Below are positions 25,615 through 35,165 of a stretch of 44,613 nucleotides of DNA, piece by piece. How positions within the stretch are numbered: the first letter of the stretch is position 1; every line of letters begins with the position of its first letter. Made by a program: the position numbers and the translations under genes. The notes beneath the pieces are model-generated. The model had not been told where the DNA came from. It saw only the letters and a program-made list of their open reading frames with translations, and ran no database searches. The DNA is from Escherichia phage YD-2008.s, in the sequence record NC_027383.1; one strand, given 5' to 3'.

Positions 25615-26379
25615 ATGAGACTGACGAAAGACATTAAAAATCAGATCCTGGCTAACATCCTGCGCGACCACGAAATCGCTACCGAAGCCAAAACAATCAT
25701 GATGGACTCTCGCGACCTGGCGTACGCAATCACGCGGGACTGTATGCCGGACGGCATTCGCACATTCTCCGCGCTACGCGAGCATATCCTGTTAATCCGC
25801 GATGACCAGTCGCAGATGTACGGCGTCAGCGTATACACCGACAAGGCGACGTATAGTTATAACTCCGACCGCCCGAAGGGTATCGGCAGCGTCTATAACG
25901 CCACCTTTGAAATCAACGCAGGCGGCAATGTTCGCACCTTGTCCTTGAGCGGTGACGGTCGCCAATACCGCGTACATCGCGGGTACTGGGAAGAGAAATA
26001 TATGAATAAGCTCGCGCCTGATCTCGGCGATATCGTTCCGGGGTTCGAGACTGTTATGCTCGCGTCGGTGTGCGAAGTGGACGAGGACGGAAAAGCGCTG
26101 CCGATATATCTCCCACGCGGTCGCGTAGACTACCCGGCGGATCATGATTTCTGTAAGCGCCTGGACCGCAACGACAAGGCACGTCGCGAGTTGCGCGCGA
26201 AGTATGATGCGTTCAAACTAACAGTTACCGGCGTGCTGGATATGCACAATACGGACAAGAAGCTGATTAAGGCATGGCCTGAAGTTGAGCAATTCATCCC
26301 ATACCCGGACAAGCCAAAATCCACGGCGGTGGCGCTGGATGTGAAAACTCTCAACGAGATTTGCGGTATTCCGCGCTAA
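25615..26379 (+). CDS. hypothetical protein (254 aa), island gene 2
   Basis: GAGGA RBS; preceded by a GGGGC gaaa GCCCC hairpin; followed by a terminator. Confidence 0.55.
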   Translation: MRLTKDIKNQILANILRDHEIATEAKTIMMDSRDLAYAITRDCMPDGIRTFSALREHILLIRDDQSQMYGVSVYTDKATYSYNSDRPKGIGSVYNATFEINAGGNVRTLSLSGDGRQYRVHRGYWEEKYMNKLAPDLGDIVPGFETVMLASVCEVDEDGKALPIYLPRGRVDYPADHDFCKRLDRNDKARRELRAKYDAFKLTVTGVLDMHNTDKKLIKAWPEVEQFIPYPDKPKSTAVALDVKTLNEICGIPR

Positions 26380-26386
26380 CGAAAAA

Positions 26387-26403
26387 GGGGCCATTACGGC
26401 CCC
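26387..26403. terminator. bidirectional intrinsic terminator
   Basis: GGGGCC atta cGGCCCC flanked by an A-run upstream and TTAATTATTT downstream. Confidence 0.6.
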
Positions 26404-26624
26404 TTAATTATTTGCTGCAACTCCAGCACCTGCGCCCTTAGCTTCGCCCCGCATTCCATATTTTTCACGTCAATCATCAAATCCTCGTCGGGGTCTGCGG
26501 ACGGGCTATCGAACTTGCACGGCGGCCGCAGTGCCGACTCCGTTAGCGGCATCAACGGCACGTTGCTTGATCCGCACGCGCTCAGCATCAAAACTACAAT
26601 CAGGGCGGTTAGGGCGCGTAACAT
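26394..26624 (-). CDS. o-spanin (Rz1-like outer-membrane lipoprotein), putative
   Basis: 76 aa from ATG 26624; signal peptide with lipobox MLSAC; Pro-containing mature part; overlaps the i-spanin ORF out of frame. Confidence 0.4.
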   Translation of the reverse strand: MLRALTALIVVLMLSACGSSNVPLMPLTESALRPPCKFDSPSADPDEDLMIDVKNMECGAKLRAQVLELQQIIKGP

Positions 26625-26865
26625 ATTTAACAACCTCTTTCGTGATAGTCCTGTATTCCACGTCGCGGGCCTGTTCGGCCTGCACGGAGCGCTCAACAAC
26701 TTTAGTTTGCTGCCGTTGGGCTTCGGCTTGCGCTTCTTGCGCCGCCTCCGCCACTACGCCAGCGCGATAGGAGTCACCTAGCCAGAATCCTACCGCCAGA
26801 CCGATAACCAGTCCAATCGCTGCATATTTAATCACGCCATAACCCCCGGTTTTTAAGCTGTGCAA
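26506..26865 (-). CDS. i-spanin (Rz-like), putative
   Basis: 119 aa; N-terminal transmembrane helix YAAIGLVIGLAVGFWLG then coiled-coil Ala/Gln/Glu-rich region; classic overlapped Rz/Rz1 layout. Confidence 0.45.
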   Translation of the reverse strand: MHSLKTGGYGVIKYAAIGLVIGLAVGFWLGDSYRAGVVAEAAQEAQAEAQRQQTKVVERSVQAEQARDVEYRTITKEVVKYVTRPNRPDCSFDAERVRIKQRAVDAANGVGTAAAVQVR

Positions 26866-27931
26866 TAGTCATCAGTTCGCCCGAATCGGTGAACATCTTC
26901 GGTACTTTCACGCCGCGCATAATCTGGTCGGCGCGTTGCACTCCGTATAGTTCTTCCAGGATATGGCGCGGCTGGCGCTGTACCCATGAGAAGAAATCAG
27001 TCTGCGCGTCAACCTGCTCACTCAGCAATCGACCCGCGTCAGCCTTCAGTGCCGGACGCTTACCACTGGGCCAATCTTCCATGCCTTTAACCTTCCACGT
27101 CTCCGTCGATCGGCAGCAATAATGCAGCTTGCCCGGACCAGCGCCATATTGTGATCCAGCCACCACTTTCCCGCCGCGCTTTCCTTTGGTGTCGGGAGTA
27201 ACATCAACCGGATAAAACAGGCGATCGCGTAGCTGGCACATGGGAGAAGTATGAGTGTCCAATGTAGATAACCATTGGCGACCTTCGAGAATATCGTCAT
27301 TAGCTTTTACCATTAATTCGCGGGCTGTCGCCGCATAGTGGTTGACTGCGGACTTAACAACGCTCGAGATAGCTTGCGCACTACGACCACCTAGCGCGCG
27401 CCTCACGTCCGCGATAATTTCCATCGTTGGCTTGCCCTGGATGAATCCCGCTCGCACCTGGTTACCGATCTGCGTCCTGGTCCACTCAGAAAGTGAGTCA
27501 GGCCATTGCATCATAGTATTACCCTGGAACGGGTTCTTCATAGCCGTCGCTGCGATCTGCGCACCGGTCACTACGCCAACCACCTCGACAGCAGGTACAG
27601 CGACCACCGGCTGGATCGCTGCCGTTAATGTGTCGGTGAGATAATCAGCCTCCGTGTCGGCAAACTCCTGAAGGCTTTCAGCTAACACCTTAAACTCGGT
27701 GCGCAGTTCCGTTTTGACGGTCTTGTCCAGTTGCGTCAACAGTGTGGTAAGTGCTTTGTTATTCATGGACTTTTTGCCGTCAAGTAACTCGGTCAGCTTT
27801 CCCAGTAATGTAGGCCGGAACTTCCCCCACATGGACAGCACCCTTCGCGCCTGGTCATTACTCAGGCGCTGGGTGAAGATGTGTCGGCGAATCATTCGAT
27901 CCGCCATATATTGATTAATTGTCTTCGCCAT
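26828..27931 (-). CDS. head morphogenesis protein (minor capsid protein)
   Basis: 367 aa; immediately downstream of and overlapping the portal gene. Confidence 0.55.
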   Translation of the reverse strand: MAKTINQYMADRMIRRHIFTQRLSNDQARRVLSMWGKFRPTLLGKLTELLDGKKSMNNKALTTLLTQLDKTVKTELRTEFKVLAESLQEFADTEADYLTDTLTAAIQPVVAVPAVEVVGVVTGAQIAATAMKNPFQGNTMMQWPDSLSEWTRTQIGNQVRAGFIQGKPTMEIIADVRRALGGRSAQAISSVVKSAVNHYAATARELMVKANDDILEGRQWLSTLDTHTSPMCQLRDRLFYPVDVTPDTKGKRGGKVVAGSQYGAGPGKLHYCCRSTETWKVKGMEDWPSGKRPALKADAGRLLSEQVDAQTDFFSWVQRQPRHILEELYGVQRADQIMRGVKVPKMFTDSGELMTIAQLKNRGLWRD

Positions 27932-29435
27932 TGTCCGCTACCTTGTCCGGGTCTTCTTCGGTAGATTCTACCGCATCAGGGGACATTTGAGGCAATGGAT
28001 TCTGATTTCGCAGTTCGTCTTCCACCTGCTCGACGGTTTGCGAGTCGTCAATAACGCCCTGGGCCATCATCCACTTGATAAAGTCTGCCAGACGGACCGT
28101 ACCGGTCTGCACACCAGCCATCATTGCGGTCATAAGCTGTGCGTCAACCGTGATTTCGGTGTAGAACTTATTCAGCGTTACGCGTTGATCTGCGGTGTCG
28201 CCCGTGAACAGCTTGACGATTTGCAGCGCACGGTTGAAAGCCTTCTCGACGTTACCGGCAATCAGCGACAGGATACTGTTATCAGTCTGCGCATCGTAGG
28301 CCGCTTCAGTTGCCGTCTTAGGTGCGGTCCCCTTCTCGACCAGGGCCGCGCCCAGTTTAGCCATTTGCAATTCGCGTCGCTCACACAGCGCAACTGACAG
28401 GTTTCTCTCCTCAGCTTGAAGCAGTTTAGCGTCCATGTTCTGGCCCAAGATAACGCCCTTAGTTGCACCGAGCGCGATGCCTCCCTTCAGGTTTTTATCG
28501 GCCCATGATTGGGTCAGACCAGTCGCAATGAGGGTAGGTTGCCCCACGATGTGCGCAATCTCGGCGACGTCTGCTTCGGCGTTGTAGTGCTTAATGTTGA
28601 TGGACGCAATATCCGCCAGCGGTGCGGCGTCCGGTGTCGCGTTGTTGTCCACCGCACCACACCAGCAAAATGGCAGTTGAGTAAGCGCATTACCGGAGGC
28701 ATCCACCAGCGGTACAAGATCGGTGCGGGTGAATCCCCGCGGCAAGTCCATTTGCACCTCGGACGTGTCCGCGTTGTAAAACCAGCGGCGGGCATGTGCC
28801 GCACCGTTAATCATGCGAAGCTCGGTCCAGATCGTAACTTCGTGGTTTGCGAAGTCGTCCGGGTCTTCGGTGCTGATTTCGTCCGTCTCCTTCAGCACGA
28901 TTAGCGTGTCTACCCCGTGTGTCTGCCGCCAGTTGATGATCTGTTCAGCCGTATACAGGCGGATAAGCGGGCGGTGTGCCGCCATTTCAGCGGCGGTCTG
29001 CGGCACTACGTTACCCAGTTCGTCAAAATGCGCCTGGCGGTCGTAGTCCACCATAAAACCGGCACGGCCTGATTGCAGCACTTCCGACATAGCGCCGCGC
29101 AGTAGTTGCGCCAGTGGCATCCCGCTGCCGTCTACGTCATCAATCAGGTCAGCCATTGCCCCGGAAAGGTCCATACTCACCGGTTTGGCGAAGGCGACAC
29201 CTAACAGCGCATTCAGTGTGCGGGCGGTGGCGTTCAGGAAGACAGCGCGTTGCTTATATGCCTTATAGCGTGCCCGTGATTTCGGGTCGGTGGTGTCCCC
29301 GCTTGCGGGGTGTGGCAGGTACAATGGCCCGCACGCCTTCACGGCGCGCTCCCCTGCTACGCAGTCACGGATCATTTTCCACTCTGGCGCTATGCGCGCA
29401 TAGAGAGGGTGCTGGTTGTCAACGTTAACGGTCAT
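27915..29435 (-). CDS. portal protein
   Basis: 506 aa; directly downstream of terminase large subunit; acidic C-terminus. Confidence 0.75.
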   Translation of the reverse strand: MTVNVDNQHPLYARIAPEWKMIRDCVAGERAVKACGPLYLPHPASGDTTDPKSRARYKAYKQRAVFLNATARTLNALLGVAFAKPVSMDLSGAMADLIDDVDGSGMPLAQLLRGAMSEVLQSGRAGFMVDYDRQAHFDELGNVVPQTAAEMAAHRPLIRLYTAEQIINWRQTHGVDTLIVLKETDEISTEDPDDFANHEVTIWTELRMINGAAHARRWFYNADTSEVQMDLPRGFTRTDLVPLVDASGNALTQLPFCWCGAVDNNATPDAAPLADIASINIKHYNAEADVAEIAHIVGQPTLIATGLTQSWADKNLKGGIALGATKGVILGQNMDAKLLQAEERNLSVALCERRELQMAKLGAALVEKGTAPKTATEAAYDAQTDNSILSLIAGNVEKAFNRALQIVKLFTGDTADQRVTLNKFYTEITVDAQLMTAMMAGVQTGTVRLADFIKWMMAQGVIDDSQTVEQVEDELRNQNPLPQMSPDAVESTEEDPDKVADNGEDN

Positions 29436-29446
29436 GGTCGGTTTCC

Positions 29447-30832
29447 TTAGTAGAAGTCTACGGTTGGAACAACGGCGATCGGACGAATCACAGGGAACAA
29501 GTGCGCAATAGGGTAGCCTGCCGCGTCATTCATGTGGTCCACACCGGCAGTTTTATCCGGTTCGCCTTTCTTCAGGTCGTACACCTGCTGTTCCAGACAT
29601 TTCGCTAGTGTAGGGCATTTATCCAGGTTGACAAAATACTGGCGCACGCCCTTCGAGTTGCACATCATCGTATTCATCGCGATCAATCGGTCTTTCACAG
29701 GCGGGTTAACGCTGTCATACTCCACCTCGAAGCCCGCGTCTTCCAGTTGTGCGATATCGGACGACGACGCGTTGACCGTCTTGCGGGATTTGCCGCTGCT
29801 ATCCGGGTAAACGACGACCCTACCGGCGGCACAATGTTCCGGGTAGCGCTCCTCGATCGCCTCAATCATAGCCGGGGTGTCAAACAGGTCCACAAATTCA
29901 TCCACTGCGTGGATCTCGTCGCGGAACTCCTTGTTCTCGGTGATGCGCTGCCGTCTGACATACACAACCGCCGCCATTTTCGTGACGTTAAAGTCCATAC
30001 CGATAATCAGCGTGTCGTCCGGCTGCACTTCTTCGGTGCTGGCGTTCTCCTCGCGGTTGAACATCTTGTACACCGCGCCCGACGTAAGGTTAACAAACAG
30101 GCCGTTCAGGTACGCATCAATCAGGTTAGCCGGGTACTGACTGCGCAGCGTGTCGATAAAGTCTGCCGGTAAATGGTGGTTGTCCGTGGTCTTCGCCCGG
30201 ATCAGGCGCTTCTGGCTACCCTTCTCCACCTCGAATATTTGATACATCGCCCGGTAGCCTTCCGGCGTGGACACGATGACAAACTGGCGGACGAAGCCCG
30301 CACGCAGACGACCGAGCAATTTGTGGTATGCCGCCATTGCGACGTCTTGTTTCGTGGTGTCGAACTCGTCGGCAACAATCCACGCGGCGTTGACCCCGAT
30401 CAGGCGGGTATAGTTCTCCATTGACTCACAGATAACGCGAGTCCATTTGCCTTTCACCAGCACGTTGTAGATCTTGTCCTGCTTATTGAACTTCCACCGT
30501 AAGCCAGCCTCGTCGAATGCCTTCTCCAGTTCCGGGTACATGATTTTGACCAGGAGTGGAATAGTCGGTTCGGTCACGATGCCGTCATAACCAGGGTTAA
30601 GTGTCAGAAGCTGGATGACCTTACGTGCGGCAACCCATGACTTGCCACCGCCGAAGCCGGAACACAGGCCGAGGATTTTAGTCTTCGTGTCGCGCAGTAG
30701 TTCAACCTGGTGAGGAAGGCAATCTGGCTGGTAAAGACGCACAGCCTGCGCAACGCGTGTGGGGCGTGGTGGTCGGTTGCGCTTTGCGATCGCGCGTTCC
30801 AGTGCGCGGTGTTCTGCCGCATAGTTACGCAT
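29447..30832 (-). CDS. terminase large subunit
   Basis: 461 aa; Walker A-like LCSGFGGGKS near N-terminus, acidic nuclease-type residues in C-terminal half. Confidence 0.8.
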   Translation of the reverse strand: MRNYAAEHRALERAIAKRNRPPRPTRVAQAVRLYQPDCLPHQVELLRDTKTKILGLCSGFGGGKSWVAARKVIQLLTLNPGYDGIVTEPTIPLLVKIMYPELEKAFDEAGLRWKFNKQDKIYNVLVKGKWTRVICESMENYTRLIGVNAAWIVADEFDTTKQDVAMAAYHKLLGRLRAGFVRQFVIVSTPEGYRAMYQIFEVEKGSQKRLIRAKTTDNHHLPADFIDTLRSQYPANLIDAYLNGLFVNLTSGAVYKMFNREENASTEEVQPDDTLIIGMDFNVTKMAAVVYVRRQRITENKEFRDEIHAVDEFVDLFDTPAMIEAIEERYPEHCAAGRVVVYPDSSGKSRKTVNASSSDIAQLEDAGFEVEYDSVNPPVKDRLIAMNTMMCNSKGVRQYFVNLDKCPTLAKCLEQQVYDLKKGEPDKTAGVDHMNDAAGYPIAHLFPVIRPIAVVPTVDFY

Positions 30833-31383
30833 TAATCACCCTGACCTTTGCCGGTAGGTTCCACAACGACGTCGCCGTTATCATCTTCGTCGTCGTCCAG
30901 CGGTACATCGTCGCGGACGCCGTGGTTTGCTTTAAGCAGGAACGTAGCGAAGCCCGCCGCGATGGTTACGCCACCAGCTTCCATCAGGAAAGTTTTCTGC
31001 AACTCCATAGCATCCGCCATCGCCTCGGCGAACTCCTCATGTGCGCGCGCCCAGCGATACAGGCAAGCTACGCCCACACCGATTTCCGCGGCAAATCGAC
31101 CAAAGGTTGGCATTTTGTTGCGGGGGATTACTTGCGCAGCGCCTTTATCGGAGTAGTTGACCTGCCAGGCGTCGGCGTCGGCAAAATAGCGGCGAAGCTG
31201 GTCGCAGTAAACGGATCGGTAGTCCGTAGGGCGTCCACATTTGCCGCCTTTACGGCGCTTTCCGTACTCGATTTCAGGTCCGAGATTGGTATGCTCGGTT
31301 TGCTCGCCTGGTTTACGGCGCGGGGTAACTGCTACTCGTCCGTCCAGTTTGGCGCGTCGGCCCTTAACTTTGATTTCTGCCAT
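30832..31383 (-). CDS. terminase small subunit (putative)
   Basis: Track ORF trimmed to ATG 31383; HTH-like segment PTFGRFAAEIGVGVACLYRWARA; acidic C-terminus; TAATG overlap with large subunit. Confidence 0.55.
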   Translation of the reverse strand: MAEIKVKGRRAKLDGRVAVTPRRKPGEQTEHTNLGPEIEYGKRRKGGKCGRPTDYRSVYCDQLRRYFADADAWQVNYSDKGAAQVIPRNKMPTFGRFAAEIGVGVACLYRWARAHEEFAEAMADAMELQKTFLMEAGGVTIAAGFATFLLKANHGVRDDVPLDDDEDDNGDVVVEPTGKGQGD

Positions 31384-31513
31384 GATATATGCCCTTTTGT
31401 TCATATGCGCCGACCATCGGCAACATAGGAGACGGCCCTGCCATCTAACGGGGATTATAACAGGCACAAAAAAGCCCACCAAATCGGCAGGCTGGGCTGG
31501 TTACGGGTCGCCG

Positions 31514-32656
31514 TTACTTCAACATTTCCGGGCTAATGGTTAAGCGCGCTACTTCGCCGTAGTTGGCGCTGTAGGTAATGACGTTGGCACTGCGACCGCT
31601 CATCCAGCCGCCGCGGCTGGCGTAGGCATCTTTCGCTGCGAGCGTCCGGTGCTGTTCAACAATCATGTTGCGAGACTCGACAATCTTCTGGTGGTGCAAA
31701 TGGCCTACGTGCGCGTAGCTATATTCGCTCGACCCGAACGCCTGTCTGAATTTAGCGATCATAACCTGCTCGATAACATCGAATCGCGCTTTGTGCCCGT
31801 GGTGGAAAAATAGCGTGGTCTTACCGTGCTGCACCATTTTGTAGACGTCCGGGGACGTGTCCACATCGACGCGCGGCTCGTTCTCATACAGGGTATTGAA
31901 CATCTCAGCAAGCCAAATCATGCCCGACTCGTCATGATTACCCTGGACGATTAGCAGTTTTACTTTGTGGTGTTTTTGCAGCGCCAGGTCAACCACGTTG
32001 CGCACCATGCGAATCATATAGCGGACCAACTTCTGGTATCGTGTGTCGGCGTCCAGTACGTGACCGCTTGCTGGTGTGACGGCGTCGAGGCTATCAAAGT
32101 GGGCCGTATCACCGAGGATATTGATAACGGCAGTGCCTGCGTCCGGTGCGCGGGCGAAGGCTTCGACAAACCAGCGGTAGAACAGGTCTTCGGCGATCGC
32201 CATATCCCAGTCTTCGCCAGTCTCCTCGCCCCATGCCAACATGCCCAGGTGGAAGTCTGACACCGTGTACAGGTTGAGCAAGTCGAGCGCCTGGATCGGT
32301 ACTGGCGGTGCGCTTACCGGTGCTGCCGGTGTGATTTCGCTGTTCATACCCTCGACAACAGCGTGCATGGCTTCGAGTTGGCGCTCCTTGTCCTGCTCAG
32401 TGATGACCCACGACATGACCTCTTCGCCATTGCCGCGCACCAGGGCCGATACGCGCTTAACGCCGAAGCCATCGGCAACGCGCTGGCGGATTACGGCGTC
32501 GTTGCCGTGCCCAATGCCTTTTTTCGATAGGCGGGCTTTCCGCATATAGACATTGCGTAGGGCAATCCCGTATTTCTTCGCAATCTCTTTAACCGTAGTC
32601 CCTGCCTGAATTTCTGCGATCAATTGCTCATCGGTAATTTTAGTTTGCGGGTGCAT
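31514..32656 (-). CDS. HTH domain fused to calcineurin-like metallophosphoesterase
   Basis: 380 aa; N-terminal HTH (TVKEIAKKYGIALRNVYMRKARL); phosphoesterase motifs GDTAH, GNHDE, GHLHH. Confidence 0.6.
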   Translation of the reverse strand: MHPQTKITDEQLIAEIQAGTTVKEIAKKYGIALRNVYMRKARLSKKGIGHGNDAVIRQRVADGFGVKRVSALVRGNGEEVMSWVITEQDKERQLEAMHAVVEGMNSEITPAAPVSAPPVPIQALDLLNLYTVSDFHLGMLAWGEETGEDWDMAIAEDLFYRWFVEAFARAPDAGTAVINILGDTAHFDSLDAVTPASGHVLDADTRYQKLVRYMIRMVRNVVDLALQKHHKVKLLIVQGNHDESGMIWLAEMFNTLYENEPRVDVDTSPDVYKMVQHGKTTLFFHHGHKARFDVIEQVMIAKFRQAFGSSEYSYAHVGHLHHQKIVESRNMIVEQHRTLAAKDAYASRGGWMSGRSANVITYSANYGEVARLTISPEMLK

Positions 32657-32724
32657 ATTTAATTAATTCCTGATTAGTGTACCGCGGACAATATATCATG
32701 GGACTTATTGAGGCGGGCAATAAA

Positions 32725-32747
32725 AAGCCCGGAATTAACCGGGCTTG
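32725..32747 (-). terminator. intrinsic terminator after the lysis cassette
   Basis: Minus strand AGCCCGG ttaatt CCGGGCT followed by TTTTTATT. Confidence 0.5.
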
Positions 32748-32752
32748 ATTGT

Positions 32753-32914
32753 TTACTCTTCTGGCTCTGCAGTCGGTGGTGGGCTTGGCAGCTTCGCATC
32801 GAAGACCCCAGCGTGGTTGATAGTGTCCGCGATGATAGCGCGAGCGCCCGGATCTTCGGTTTTAGCCAGTGCGGCAAGCGCGTCCGCATTATGATCAAGA
32901 ATGCTTTTTAACAT
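32753..32914 (-). CDS. possible small ORF (53 aa) downstream of the endolysin
   Basis: GAGGT RBS before ATG 32914; below track cutoff; the track ORF 32674..32898 in another frame looks spurious. Confidence 0.3.
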   Translation of the reverse strand: MLKSILDHNADALAALAKTEDPGARAIIADTINHAGVFDAKLPSPPPTAEPEE

Positions 32915-32930
32915 ACTGTGTTACCTCGTA

Positions 32931-33422
32931 TTATGCAGCGTTACGACCGATTCGCTCGGCAACGTCCCACTGCTTACCATCAAACAACGCCTGTCTGCCG
33001 ATTGCACGGCGTACCAGACCCTTAAGCACTTCGCCGCCTTGCTTGCGAAACTGCGGCAGCGTAGCACGGACCTTCGCCCAGTCGCCCAACCGTACCGCAT
33101 CATCGAAATCATTCGCGACGTCATCCGGTACGATCGGACCAGGACCGGCGTTGATTACCAGGTCCACCAGCGCGTCGAATTGCGCCTGGTTAATGCTCGG
33201 ATGTGCGTATTTGTTAACCCAGTCCTCAGCATACGCCACATCGCGCTTGAGCAGTGCCAGCGCTTCCTCGCGGGTAATGCTTCGAGGCGGATTAGTGCCG
33301 GTATGACCATAACCCCAGGTGTACAGGCCGCGGGCCTGCTCTTTCTTGGTCGCGAAATACGGCACCGGGCTGAAAGCCTCCCATGCTGCCGTAAATCGTA
33401 GACCGTTGTCACTGAATCGCAT
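32931..33422 (-). CDS. endolysin, lysozyme-like (GH24-type)
   Basis: 163 aa; ...GLYTWGYGHTG... lysozyme-like motif; adjacent to holin-like membrane proteins. Confidence 0.65.
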   Translation of the reverse strand: MRFSDNGLRFTAAWEAFSPVPYFATKKEQARGLYTWGYGHTGTNPPRSITREEALALLKRDVAYAEDWVNKYAHPSINQAQFDALVDLVINAGPGPIVPDDVANDFDDAVRLGDWAKVRATLPQFRKQGGEVLKGLVRRAIGRQALFDGKQWDVAERIGRNAA

Positions 33423-33654
33423 GTTTTACCCCATTCAAAACAGCATTACGCAGTGTGCGCAACGCAAACAGCCAGATTAACGCGGTCCAGGTGGTGTCAG
33501 ATACGTCTCCTGTTTGCAGCAATCCGATAAAACAGACCATTGCCGTTAACAGATACAGCACCCGACCGAAAATGCCATCCTGGACGGACGGCGCATACAC
33601 GTTAAACAGGGACGAAGCCCCGATGATAACAAACAACAGGACGGAGATAATCAT
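33409..33654 (-). CDS. holin/antiholin-like membrane protein
   Basis: 81 aa with 2-3 predicted transmembrane segments; overlaps the endolysin start. Confidence 0.45.
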   Translation of the reverse strand: MIISVLLFVIIGASSLFNVYAPSVQDGIFGRVLYLLTAMVCFIGLLQTGDVSDTTWTALIWLFALRTLRNAVLNGVKHAIQ

Positions 33655-33941
33655 TTTGCACCCCCCGGAAGTCGGAACGACGCAATAGTCTCCCTGATCC
33701 GGTCGGCGATTGGCATCCAGAAGATGGCAGTTACGAAGCCCAAACCGGCAACAGTGCGCTCACCGGACAAACCAGACCACTCGGCAATAGCTGGCGCACC
33801 AAATATGGCACACAGGAAGCCAACTACGACATATAAAACGAAGTTCAACGGCCCTTTCGTTGCCTCGCCATGAATGCGTGCGCCTACGAAGCCACCAGCA
33901 AGACACGCAAGGGCGAATAACCACTCGTTTAGCTTATCCAT
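33651..33941 (-). CDS. holin (putative)
   Basis: 96 aa; multiple hydrophobic helices, charged C-terminus; immediately upstream of antiholin/endolysin. Confidence 0.5.
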   Translation of the reverse strand: MDKLNEWLFALACLAGGFVGARIHGEATKGPLNFVLYVVVGFLCAIFGAPAIAEWSGLSGERTVAGLGFVTAIFWMPIADRIRETIASFRLPGGAK

Positions 33942-33993
33942 AAAAAAGTCCCAGTAAGTTTCAGCTCACTGGGACTATATCACGCTTGCATAA

Positions 33994-34281
33994 TTAATCG
34001 AAAATGGACCACTTGCCGACGCCTTTCCATTCCCATCCTGCCGATCGGACGACCTCGAATGTTCTACCGCCTATCATATCCCGATACCACAGCCACCACA
34101 TGCGCAACCTGGTAGGGTGATCCGTGATTCCACGGCGCTTGTAGATCTCGAACGTCATGCGGGTAATGCTGGCTGCTTCCACGGCGGGCCAGACTACGAA
34201 CATCAGGACGCCCAACAGCACCGCGGTAAGCAGGCACAGCCCGCAGATCAAACCAAACCAATAAATCACATCGTGTAACAT
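33994..34281 (-). CDS. membrane protein, function unknown
   Basis: Track ORF trimmed to ATG 34281; N-terminal transmembrane helix WFGLICGLCLLTAVLLGVLMFVVW; Trp/Arg-rich C-terminus. Confidence 0.35.
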   Translation of the reverse strand: MLHDVIYWFGLICGLCLLTAVLLGVLMFVVWPAVEAASITRMTFEIYKRRGITDHPTRLRMWWLWYRDMIGGRTFEVVRSAGWEWKGVGKWSIFD

Positions 34282-34402
34282 CGAATTGCCCCTTCCGGTT
34301 TGCCAATATGGCGCGCCCATGCACGCGCCACGAAGTAATTGCGAAATACCCGACCGCCTATCTCAAAGCGGTTGTGCTGAAGCATATCGCGGATCGTCGC
34401 AC

Positions 34403-35122
34403 TCATTTCAGAATCACCGAGCACGGGTCGATGGCTTTCATGCTGCCGTCCCGTTCTACCCGGATGAATCCAACGCCGTATTCCTGCGCATGGCGCTGTG
34501 CATTCGTCACGGCATCAAAGCGATTTACGATTTGGTGTGCGGCGCGGCCCATCTTCGCTTGCACCTGGTGGGAGTCGTAGGTCGCATAGGCGGGCTGCGA
34601 CTTGCGGAACTCCACACGCGTCTTCTGCGCCACGTCATGCGTTACGCGGTTAACTGCGTCCGCTATGGCGCTCGCTCGCTCATGCGGCGGGCGGTCACGA
34701 AGGCAGTATTTTCGGCCCACTCGCTCGTAGTTGACCAGCCCGAAGTAAGTCATACCTGCTACGCCATCCTTGCGGGATTGCATACGCAGGCCATGAAGAC
34801 CGACATATTCAACGATCCACATACTACCGTCGCGAATATCACGCAGCACATCTCCGCGCTCGATATCGTGAGTGAGTACGTCGAAGAACTGCTGCAGCGT
34901 GTGTTTCTGCGCCCGCCACACCCGATTGCCTGCCGCGTTTTGCAGGCGGACGTAGGAATCCAGGGTCTGGATCGGCTTCAGGATTTTGCCATCTGCTTTA
35001 CGGCGGAATAGTAATTTCATTTGCTCAGTCTCCGATAGTTCTTTTTCAGGGTAAATTGGCTGATAGTGTGGCGTGATTTGGTTTTTGGGTGCATGAGCGT
35101 AACGCTTCCGTTCCCTTCCCAC
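34403..35122 (-). CDS. hypothetical protein (start uncertain: 35122 or 35020)
   Basis: Long ORF with balanced composition on the same strand as its neighbours. Confidence 0.45.
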   Translation of the reverse strand: MGRERKRYAHAPKNQITPHYQPIYPEKELSETEQMKLLFRRKADGKILKPIQTLDSYVRLQNAAGNRVWRAQKHTLQQFFDVLTHDIERGDVLRDIRDGSMWIVEYVGLHGLRMQSRKDGVAGMTYFGLVNYERVGRKYCLRDRPPHERASAIADAVNRVTHDVAQKTRVEFRKSQPAYATYDSHQVQAKMGRAAHQIVNRFDAVTNAQRHAQEYGVGFIRVERDGSMKAIDPCSVILK

Positions 35123-35165
35123 ACCACGAGATAAATCAATCCGGTGGCCTTGCTCTTGACTCGGA

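Noticed and set aside
32674-32898. 74-aa minus-strand track ORF
   Set aside because: Low-complexity translation; a different frame (32753..32914) gives a better small ORF with a ribosome-binding site.
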